A DNA stretch of 64,000 bases, taken from the NCBI GenBank assembly GCA_021817145.1, contig JAKAVV010000013.1, positions 3,141 through 67,140 of the forward strand, written 5' to 3'. Below, in pieces: positions 56,651 to 64,000 of the stretch; positions within the stretch are counted from its first letter, which is position 1, and each line of letters starts with the position of its first letter. Source of the DNA: a bacterium. Lineage in GTDB: Bacteria > Vulcanimicrobiota > JABDET01. The notes under the pieces were generated by a model that worked only from the letters and a program-made list of their open reading frames with translations, was not told the DNA's origin and did not search any database. The position numbers were made by a program, and so were the translations under genes.

Positions 56651-57346
56651 CTAGCCTTCTTCATCATATTGGAACTTATACCCAATTCCATGAATGGTCT
56701 TTAAATATTTAGGGAGAGATGGATCCTCTTCGATTTTCTGGCGGATGCGTCTGACATGGACATCCACTGTTCTGGTATCCCCAAGATAATCGTATCCCCA
56801 GAGCTGCTCAAGAAGAAAATCGCGCGTAAAAACCTTCCCACGGTTAGTTGCCAGAAGTTTCAGCAATTCAAACTCTTTAGGTTTTAAATCAACCCTTTCT
56901 CCTTTGACCAGAACTTCATGTTTCGCTAAATTCATGGAAATCTCTTTTACCGTGATCTCTTCCTGTTCTTCAGGGCGAATGCTGGTTCTTCTCAAAATCG
57001 CTTTTACTCTGGCTGTCAGCTCGCGAGGGCTGAAAGGCTTTGTCACATAATCGTCGGCCCCCAATTCAAGCCCTAAGATTTTATCAATTTCTTCTCCTTT
57101 AGCCGTTGCCATCAAAATAGGAATTTTACTTTCTTTTCGAATCTGGCGGCAAACTTCAAGCCCTCCCTGACCAGGGAGCATAATATCCAGAATCACCAGA
57201 TCCGGCTTCTCCTCTTTCGCCAGTTTTACTGCTTCAATTCCATCAAAAGCAGTAACCACTTCATACCCCTCTTTTTCCAAGTTGAACTTTAGAAGTTCAA
57301 CGATATTCCTTTCATCATCTACGACTAAAACTTTCTCTTTTGCCAC
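56651..57346 (-). CDS. OmpR/PhoB-family response regulator (WalR/PhoP-like)
   Basis: Receiver LDIMLP and GADDYVTKPFSPREL; winged helix WGYDYLGDTRTVDVHVRR. Confidence 0.95.
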   Translation of the reverse strand: MAKEKVLVVDDERNIVELLKFNLEKEGYEVVTAFDGIEAVKLAKEEKPDLVILDIMLPGQGGLEVCRQIRKESKIPILMATAKGEEIDKILGLELGADDYVTKPFSPRELTARVKAILRRTSIRPEEQEEITVKEISMNLAKHEVLVKGERVDLKPKEFELLKLLATNRGKVFTRDFLLEQLWGYDYLGDTRTVDVHVRRIRQKIEEDPSLPKYLKTIHGIGYKFQYDEEG

Positions 57347-57358
57347 TCGATCACCACC

Positions 57359-58135
57359 TTAATAGTTTTTATCCGGAAGTTGAAGAACCCCTGCCATCCG
57401 CCCTGTTTTCCCTTTATCTCTCCGATGGGAAAAGAAAAGATCGGCAGAACAGGAAGTGCAGAGATTGGCACGATCAATTCTCTGAGCATCCACCCCTTTC
57501 TTTAAAAGAATTTGAAAATTTGCCTCCCACAAATCCACATAAATTCTTTCTTCTTTCTGAGCTAAAACCTTTTTCCCAAACTTGCTCTGAAAAGGCTCCC
57601 ATACATCGGATTTCACTTCAAAACAGCAGGGCCCAATGGATGGACCGATTGCGGCAATTAAATCAGCGGGTTTAGAGTTGAAATTCTCTTCCATGCTCTC
57701 AATAGCCCGACACACCACTTCCCGTAAAGTGGAGCGCCAGCCAGCATGAATCAGCCCTCCTGCGCGCTTTCTTATATCCCATAAATAAACAGGGACGCAG
57801 TCAGCAAAAAATATCGCTAAGGAAAGACCCGAAATATCTGAAACAATAGCATCAGCTTTAGGAAGATCCGGCTCTTTTGGGATTGGAGTCCCCTGTTTTA
57901 AAGCCAAAACAGTATCTCCATGGACCTGCCATGCAAGAGCTGAGAGTTTAATTCCTTCTTCTTTCTCCACAATTCTTCGGTTTTCTTGAACTTTCCCCGG
58001 AGTATCCCCTGTTGTCATTCCAAGATTCAAACTCTCATAAGGAGGGCTGCTGACCCCCCCTAATCTCATCGTAAAAAAACTATGAATTCCCTTCTCACCC
58101 AAAAGAGAAGATCTCCAAACTTTAATCATCCCCAC
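57359..58135 (-). CDS. pgeF: PgeF/YfiH (LACC1) family protein
   Basis: GGVS..PY.SLN, QVHG, ADCVP, HAGWR, IGPSIG.CCFEV and FFSHRR. Confidence 0.93.
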   Translation of the reverse strand: MGMIKVWRSSLLGEKGIHSFFTMRLGGVSSPPYESLNLGMTTGDTPGKVQENRRIVEKEEGIKLSALAWQVHGDTVLALKQGTPIPKEPDLPKADAIVSDISGLSLAIFFADCVPVYLWDIRKRAGGLIHAGWRSTLREVVCRAIESMEENFNSKPADLIAAIGPSIGPCCFEVKSDVWEPFQSKFGKKVLAQKEERIYVDLWEANFQILLKKGVDAQRIDRANLCTSCSADLFFSHRRDKGKTGRMAGVLQLPDKNY

Positions 58136-58143
58136 TACCTTCT

Positions 58144-58172
58144 ACTATATCTTATTATTGACAAAATGACAA
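58144..58172 (-). promoter_or_regulatory. Sigma70-type promoter of the pgeF-to-csrA operon
   Basis: Minus strand reads TTGTCA-N17-TATAGT. Confidence 0.55.
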
Positions 58173-58236
58173 GACCCTTTTCAAAAAAAAATAAAAATCT
58201 TCTTTTGGATTAAATTTGCAAATAGAAGTTTTCTCC

Positions 58237-59007
58237 TCAAGAAAACCAGAAAAGCATAATAATTGAAGCCGCTATTCCCGCTGTTTCAGACCTTAAGATC
58301 TGATCTCCCAAAGAAATCAGCGGGATTTTTGCAGTACAAGCCATATCTGCTTCCTGTTCAGAAAATCCCCCCTCAGGACCAATAAAAAGAGTAACGGAAG
58401 AATTTTTTATGGGAGAAGGAAAAACTCGAGACAGCGCGGACTTTACAGGCTCTGCGGATCCCTGCCCTAAATTCGATCTCGAGCAAAAAAAAAGAGGGTG
58501 TTCTGTATATTCATGGATCGCTTTTTCAAAAGAAATAGGCGGGAGAATCTCAGGAATAAAACTTCTGCCAGACTGCTCGCAGGCATTTTGAACAATCGTT
58601 TTCCAGCGAATTAACTTCTTTTCGAACCCTCTTTTCTCTTCAATTTCCGTATACTGCGTAATCATGGGAACAAAGGCATAAACGCCTAATTCTGTTCCTT
58701 TTTCAAGAAGCCATTCCCATCTTTCTTTTTTAATCATTGCTTGACAGAGGTAAACTCGTGGTTCAGGCAGCTGCCTCCCATTAAAAACAGAGATAATTTC
58801 AACTTCTCTGTGATTAGAGCCGATTGAGCTGGATCTCAAATTCAGCAGTTTTACGAGATACTCATTCCCTGTTCCATCAAATAAAACAATCGAATCCCCC
58901 GCCTTCATCCGCAAAACCTTAACCGCATGGTTGTAAACAGACTCGGTCAGCTCAATCCGATTACCTTGAATCTGCTGCTGGGGAATATAAAAACGAGCCA
59001 AACCCAC
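58237..59007 (-). CDS. rsmE: 16S rRNA m3U1498 methyltransferase
   Basis: HAVKVLR, EKGTELG, ACEQSGR, IGPEGG and ILRSETA. Confidence 0.95.
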   Translation of the reverse strand: MGLARFYIPQQQIQGNRIELTESVYNHAVKVLRMKAGDSIVLFDGTGNEYLVKLLNLRSSSIGSNHREVEIISVFNGRQLPEPRVYLCQAMIKKERWEWLLEKGTELGVYAFVPMITQYTEIEEKRGFEKKLIRWKTIVQNACEQSGRSFIPEILPPISFEKAIHEYTEHPLFFCSRSNLGQGSAEPVKSALSRVFPSPIKNSSVTLFIGPEGGFSEQEADMACTAKIPLISLGDQILRSETAGIAASIIMLFWFS

Positions 59008-59062
59008 TCTAGAATTTTTCTTTAGGATAACGACTTATTCCTCTGCCATTCTGACAGCCCTG

Positions 59063-59890
59063 TTAAACCATACCTGGATAGAACGCATTGTAAAACAAAG
59101 CGTAATTCGCTCGCACGGTGTCACAAATACTTTTTCCTAGAACATTCACAAAATCAACAGCCACAGGTTCCACTTTGCGGCGTATATGATGGTCTCCATA
59201 AATCGTGTGATATTGATCGTTTTCCTGCGTTAATTGCGCTATATTGTTAAAATCATGCTCAAAATAAGGTTCATCCAGATAATCATAAACCTGCTTCATG
59301 ACTTTCCCAGGGTTAGAAGTCAAATCCTCAAAACGCACAATATGGAGCTGTTTCAGCAAGTTGGTTTGAACTGCTTCGATAAGCCTCGCAACAGCAATGC
59401 CGACAGGAGGGGCATTAAGCCAGTGCATCACGCGATTATTAACTGTTATCATGGTCAAAGCGCCTGTGACTTCATCGGGGTCTGAACGGTCTCGATTTTT
59501 ATGGAAAAGTTTTTCCATAGAGGAAAGCACAGCGCGCAGATCACGGATGCAAACAATATATTTAGGATTGGGCGCGAATTGTTTAATCCAGTCATGGTAA
59601 TGAAACCAGGCGCGGCATTTGTCCACACAGACAGGCTTGTCCGTTATACCTTCGAAAAATCCATTAATGGCGTATCTGCAGTATTGAATAAACCCTTTCT
59701 GCATAAGAGCAGGATCCTGAGCCTTGAACTCGGCTAATTCAGTGTAATATTTTCGGGATGCCAACAGCAGATCCAGAACCCCACTGGTTGGGGTACAGTA
59801 AAATCGAGGATTCTGCGCAAGAATATTCTGCATCAGAGTAGAACCTGAGCGCGGCAGAGAAGAGTTAAATACTATTTTCTTATCGAACAT
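59063..59890 (-). CDS. Sulfotransferase family protein
   Basis: 5'-PSB loop SSLPRSGSTL, 3'-PB IRD...VLSS, and RFEDL. Confidence 0.85.
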   Translation of the reverse strand: MFDKKIVFNSSLPRSGSTLMQNILAQNPRFYCTPTSGVLDLLLASRKYYTELAEFKAQDPALMQKGFIQYCRYAINGFFEGITDKPVCVDKCRAWFHYHDWIKQFAPNPKYIVCIRDLRAVLSSMEKLFHKNRDRSDPDEVTGALTMITVNNRVMHWLNAPPVGIAVARLIEAVQTNLLKQLHIVRFEDLTSNPGKVMKQVYDYLDEPYFEHDFNNIAQLTQENDQYHTIYGDHHIRRKVEPVAVDFVNVLGKSICDTVRANYALFYNAFYPGMV

Positions 59891-60033
59891 AAATATCTCC
59901 TTTGATCACACCATCCCATCCTTATCCCTTATCATTTTAGAAGAGAGAGTTATCTTCCTCTTGCATTTCATCCTGTAACTTTCACTGCATTACAGGAAAA
60001 GAACCGAAAAAAGAGAAACAAAACTGGATAAAA

Positions 60034-61425
60034 ATGGGCGAATTATTTAAAGCGCTGAGAGGAACCAATGATCTTCTTCCCCCTGAAACCCAAAAATGGG
60101 TTTTTATGGAAGAAGCCATCAGACAGAAAGCTGAATCTTTTGGATTCCAGGAGATCCGCACCCCTATTTTTGAGCATACTGAGCTGTTCTCCCGTGGAAT
60201 TGGAGAAGGAACAGATATAACCGCTAAAGAGATGTACACTTTTACTGACAAAGGAGGGAGAAGCATAACTCTGAGACCTGAATTAACCGCTCCGGCTGTT
60301 AGAGCTTATCTGGAACATTTCCCTATGCCTGCAGCGCGAATTGAAGAAATTGAAGGAAAGAAACGAAAAATTCTTTTAGGAACTCCTCCTCTTGTAAAAT
60401 GGTATTATCTGGGACCTGCTTTTCGATATGAAAGACCACAGAGCGGGAGATACAGACAGTTTCACCAATTTGGCGTAGAAGTCATTGGCTCGCAAAACCC
60501 TGATATTGACCTTGAAGTTATTCTTCTAGCCCTTGAAATTTTTAAAACCTTAAATCTCCAGAATCTAGAAATAAAACTGAACTCTATTGGATGTTCGAAG
60601 TGCAGACCAAGCTATAGAGAAGCTTTAAAAAAGCACTTTTATCCTTATTTAGAGCAGCTGTGCGAAGACTGCAGAACTCACCGCTATGAAAAGAATCCCC
60701 TTCGAATTCTTGACTGCAAATCTCAAAAATGCGCTCCATTTTTGCATGAAGCCCCTATTCCCGCTGATTATCTGTGTGAAGAATGCCAAAACCATTTTAA
60801 AAAGCTGCAAAAAAAATTAACTAATCTCCAGGTTGTTTATTCTCTTGATCCCCGCCTTGTTCGAGGACTGGATTATTACACAAAAACGGTTTTCGAAGTT
60901 ATTTCAAGCTCTCTGGGAGCGCAGAACTCCATTTGTGGAGGGGGAAGATACGATGATTTGGGTGAAATACTTGGAGGACCATCTGTGCCTGCTGTTGGAT
61001 TTGCCGCAGGAATGGAGCGTTTGATCCTGCTGCTTAAAGACAACTTTGCAGACAGTGGGAAAACCTCTCTTGTTTATGCTGTCACTTTAGGAGAAAAAGC
61101 GGAAGAATTTATGCTTCCTCTTGTTTTTAATCTTCGGAAAGAAGCTGGCGATAGAAAAATAAAACTTAAAATCGAAAGAGATTATCAAAATCGAAATTTG
61201 GGAACCCAATTAAAAGAAGCCAACAGATTAGGAGCCGAGTTCGCCTTGATTCTTGGTGAAAATGAACTTGCTGAAAACAAACTTATTTTAAGAAACCTTG
61301 CTGCCAGGCAGCAGGAGGATCTTTTTTTCAAACAGAGTGAAAACCCAAAAGGAATTGTAGAGGATCTTTCAAACCGCATCTTAGAGAAGATTAATTATGG
61401 AAAACAGCCCTTATATTCCCATTAA
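60034..61425 (+). CDS. hisS: Histidyl-tRNA synthetase
   Basis: LRPELTA, FRYERPQSGRYRQFHQ, LVRGLDYY and GGGRYD. Confidence 0.97.
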   Translation: MGELFKALRGTNDLLPPETQKWVFMEEAIRQKAESFGFQEIRTPIFEHTELFSRGIGEGTDITAKEMYTFTDKGGRSITLRPELTAPAVRAYLEHFPMPAARIEEIEGKKRKILLGTPPLVKWYYLGPAFRYERPQSGRYRQFHQFGVEVIGSQNPDIDLEVILLALEIFKTLNLQNLEIKLNSIGCSKCRPSYREALKKHFYPYLEQLCEDCRTHRYEKNPLRILDCKSQKCAPFLHEAPIPADYLCEECQNHFKKLQKKLTNLQVVYSLDPRLVRGLDYYTKTVFEVISSSLGAQNSICGGGRYDDLGEILGGPSVPAVGFAAGMERLILLLKDNFADSGKTSLVYAVTLGEKAEEFMLPLVFNLRKEAGDRKIKLKIERDYQNRNLGTQLKEANRLGAEFALILGENELAENKLILRNLAARQQEDLFFKQSENPKGIVEDLSNRILEKINYGKQPLYSH

Positions 61426-61855
61426 CCTTATTCTAGATTTTTTAAATCTGGCTCAAACCCACACTCTGGAAGAGTTAACCATAACCACTCCTGAAGGGAA
61501 ATTTTTTGTATCAAGAGCTGAAGCCCCTTCTTCCTCTCCTGCTGCTCTGGAAGTTATTCAATCCCACCCTATTCCTGTTCAAGAATCAGAGCCCCAGGAC
61601 TCTACTTTGTATAAGGTAGTCTCCCCTTTAATCGGAGTTTTTTATGAAACCCCATCCCCTGGAGCAAAGCCTTTTGTAGAAATAGGAGACACAGTGTCTC
61701 CTGGAGATCCGCTTTGTATTATTGAAGCAATGAAAGTCATGAATGAAGTGGTTTCAGATACTGCTGGAATTATAGAAGCTGTCCTGGCAAAAAATGGACA
61801 AGTGGTTGAAACAGGGGAAACCCTGTTCCTTATTCGAAGAAAAGGAATCGCATGA
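61397..61855 (+). CDS. accB: Biotin carboxyl carrier protein
   Basis: SPLIGVFY..PSP and the EAMKVMNE biotinylation motif. Confidence 0.93.
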   Translation: MENSPYIPINLILDFLNLAQTHTLEELTITTPEGKFFVSRAEAPSSSPAALEVIQSHPIPVQESEPQDSTLYKVVSPLIGVFYETPSPGAKPFVEIGDTVSPGDPLCIIEAMKVMNEVVSDTAGIIEAVLAKNGQVVETGETLFLIRRKGIA

Positions 61856-63594
61856 CACCAAAAACAAACCCTTACAAACGACTTTTTTCTTACGTGCTTC
61901 CCTACTGGAAAACGATCCTTCTGGTTTTAGTCTGTACTATTTTTGTGAATGGCGCAACACTTGCTCTACCCCTTTTGATCCGCGACTTGTTAAACAAAGT
62001 CCTGCTCAAAAAAGAGCTTTTTTATCTTGACATTATTGTAATATCAGTTCTTGTTCTTGTGGCGGTAAAAGGATTTTTCACATACTGCCAGGGGTATCTT
62101 ATGAATTTCATAGGGTACTCTTCTATCAAAAAGATTCGAGAAGAAACGTTTATTAAACTTCAACATCTTCCTATGAGCTTTTTTGAAACCTGGAAAAGCG
62201 GAGAGATCTTTTCAAGATTGACGAATGATGTGGCTGTTCTAACCAATATCTTCAGCTCTACCATTGTTTTCCTTGTGAATGATACTCTGGTTTTAATCGG
62301 GGCATTATCCTGGATGTTCTGGAAAAATCCCTGGCTCACATTATTGATTTTTGCCATAAGCCCTGCGATTGGATTTGCTGTAGTAAAATTTGGGAAATGG
62401 ATGAACCAGGTAACAGCTAAAACCCAGGCTAAGATCGCTGAATTATCCCATGTCATGTTTGAAGGAATTCTTGGAATTCACGTCGTGAAAAGTTATGGCA
62501 GAGAAGAAAAGGAAATCCAAAAATTCAAAGCTAAAAATGAAGAGTATTTTACCTGGTCTATGAAATCTACACAAGTCTCTTTTACTCAACTCCCTCTTGT
62601 TGAATTTTTGACTTCGATCGGAATTGCTTCTGTTGTTTACTTCGGTGGATATGAGGTTATTCAAGGGAAATTCACTCTGGGAGGAATGTTTGCTTTTTGG
62701 GGGTACATGGTCCTTGCCACAAACCCTATTTTTCGACTTTCTTCAAATATCACAAATTTGCAAAGAGCAAACGCGGCAGCCAAACGAATTTTCGAGATCC
62801 TGGACTCAGAAGAAGAACCTGAAATTCCCAATCCTGTTATTCCGCAGGAAGTCCACGGAGAAATTAAATTTTCTAATGTCTGGTTTAAATACAAGCCCGG
62901 TGAAAATTGGGCTCTTAAAGAAGTCAATCTATCCGTTAAACCAGGACAAATCATTGCTGTAGTAGGACCCAGTGGAGCAGGAAAAACCAGTCTTGTCGAG
63001 CTGATCCCAAAGTTTTACAAACCAACTCATGGGAAAATCACTCTGGATGGAGTTGATATTTCCCAAATCCCATCCACTCTTCTTCGTTCTTATGTTGGAA
63101 TTGTCGCTCAAGAAACTTTCCTGTTTGCAGGAACAGTTAAGGAGAACATTGCTTATGGAGTATCTAATCCCTTGTTTGAGGAGATTATCCAAGCGGCTAA
63201 AACAGCAAATGCTCATGAATTTATCCTTAAACTGAAAAATGGATATGATACTGTTCTTGGAGAAAGAGGGGTCAATCTATCTGTTGGACAGAGACAAAGA
63301 ATCTCTATTGCCAGAGCCGTTTTGCGAAATCCTAAAATTCTAATTTTAGATGAAGCGACTTCCAGTGTTGACACAGAATCTGAAGCTTTGATTCAAGAAG
63401 CTCTGGAAAGATTAATGGTTGGAAGAACCTCTTTCGTGATTGCTCATCGGCTTTCTACCATTCGAAATGCGAACCAAATTATAGCGATCCAGGATGGTAA
63501 AATCGTGCAAGCTGGCTCCCATCAAGATCTTCTTGCCCAAGCAGGTCTCTACTCTCGGCTTTATTCAGCTCAAAGTCAAGTGGTAGAAGCTTAA
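61852..63594 (+). CDS. MsbA-like ABC exporter (fused TMD and NBD)
   Basis: Six TM segments, GPSGAGKT, LSVGQRQR and LDEATSSVD. Confidence 0.9.
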   Translation: MTPKTNPYKRLFSYVLPYWKTILLVLVCTIFVNGATLALPLLIRDLLNKVLLKKELFYLDIIVISVLVLVAVKGFFTYCQGYLMNFIGYSSIKKIREETFIKLQHLPMSFFETWKSGEIFSRLTNDVAVLTNIFSSTIVFLVNDTLVLIGALSWMFWKNPWLTLLIFAISPAIGFAVVKFGKWMNQVTAKTQAKIAELSHVMFEGILGIHVVKSYGREEKEIQKFKAKNEEYFTWSMKSTQVSFTQLPLVEFLTSIGIASVVYFGGYEVIQGKFTLGGMFAFWGYMVLATNPIFRLSSNITNLQRANAAAKRIFEILDSEEEPEIPNPVIPQEVHGEIKFSNVWFKYKPGENWALKEVNLSVKPGQIIAVVGPSGAGKTSLVELIPKFYKPTHGKITLDGVDISQIPSTLLRSYVGIVAQETFLFAGTVKENIAYGVSNPLFEEIIQAAKTANAHEFILKLKNGYDTVLGERGVNLSVGQRQRISIARAVLRNPKILILDEATSSVDTESEALIQEALERLMVGRTSFVIAHRLSTIRNANQIIAIQDGKIVQAGSHQDLLAQAGLYSRLYSAQSQVVEA

Positions 63595-64000
63595 TGCAGC
63601 CGCTTAATTTTGAAGGAGTTAAACGATATTCTCTTCACGATCGCAAAAGCAAGGTCTCAAGAAAAGATTTTGGGAAACCCCTTGAGAAGGGAGGATCCTT
63701 TGGAGATTTCCTAAATTCTCTCCCTCATATTTTAGCCGGGTTAGATTTCCGCCTGATTGTGCAAGCGCTTCGGCACGCGCGAACCGAGAAAAAAACGATT
63801 ATTTGGGGAATTGGAGCCCATACCATTAAAGTTGGATTGAACCCAATTTTCATTGATCTGATGAAAGAAGGGTATATTTCAGGAATTTTAGTGAATGGCG
63901 CAGGGGTCATCCATGATGTGGAACTGGCTTTGTCGGGAAAAACCTCTGAAGAAGTTTCTTCAGCCCTCCAGGACAAAAACTTTGGAATGGCAGAAGAAAC
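63594..64000 (+). CDS. Conserved protein with a deoxyhypusine-synthase-like fold, 3'-truncated by the window end
   Basis: Open frame from a TAATG overlap: MQPLNF...RKSKV...LPHILAG...WGIGAHTIKVGL...NGAGVIHDVELA..GKTSE. Not listed in the ORF track. Confidence 0.7.
   Translation, partial: MQPLNFEGVKRYSLHDRKSKVSRKDFGKPLEKGGSFGDFLNSLPHILAGLDFRLIVQALRHARTEKKTIIWGIGAHTIKVGLNPIFIDLMKEGYISGILVNGAGVIHDVELALSGKTSEEVSSALQDKNFGMAEE

Noticed and set aside
60318-60390. Short insertion in HisS (FPMPAARIEEIEGKKRKILLG) as an intein or mobile relic
   Set aside because: Only about 20 aa, in a variable loop, with no intein motifs.
1-64000. tRNA, rRNA, integrase or transposase genes
   Set aside because: None recognised by eye; a covariance-model scan would be needed to exclude small RNAs.

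Overview
Bacterial chromosomal window. LPS (lpx) genes sit beside a Firmicute-style dcw cluster (DUF881, DUF1290, ftsA, ftsZ) and csrA, which suggests a diderm Terrabacteria lineage such as Ca. Eremiobacterota or a relative (inference only). From left to right: (1) an Ehr/Hyf-type membrane complex whose large subunit lacks the NiFe ligands; (2) an eroded accessory patch with a PIN toxin-antitoxin pair, methyltransferase and HicB remnants, DUF6062 and orphan genes; (3) an ~18 kb minus-strand flgB-to-flhA cluster in Bacillus fla/che order; (4) a 74-bp tandem repeat; (5) a glycoside hydrolase, panE and HU; (6) a lipid A cluster with GnnA-like and LmtA-like genes; (7) PAS-GGDEF-EAL, pilin and GT4 genes; (8) the mraY-to-ftsZ cluster; (9) a pgeF / response regulator / two kinases / receiver / csrA operon; (10) rsmE, a sulfotransferase, hisS, accB and an MsbA-like exporter. 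The best candidate for an undescribed system is the flagellar cluster. It keeps an intact export gate and ATPase. Locally it lacks flgD, fliL, motAB, cheY and flhFG, its FliG torque residues and FliM CheY-binding peptide are altered, and it carries a lytic transglycosylase. Matching OmpR-family (WalR/PhoP-type) boxes lie upstream of flgB and the transglycosylase, and orphan genes with effector-like N-termini flank the cluster. Together these suggest a flagellum-derived, non-motile secretion system. Two further candidates are a dGTPase plus winged-helix cassette inserted between fliF and fliG, and the tandem repeat, whose minus strand displays eight CAGGAUG hairpin loops (CsrB-like sponge or REP-like element). 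All assignments come from motif recognition by eye; no searches were run.
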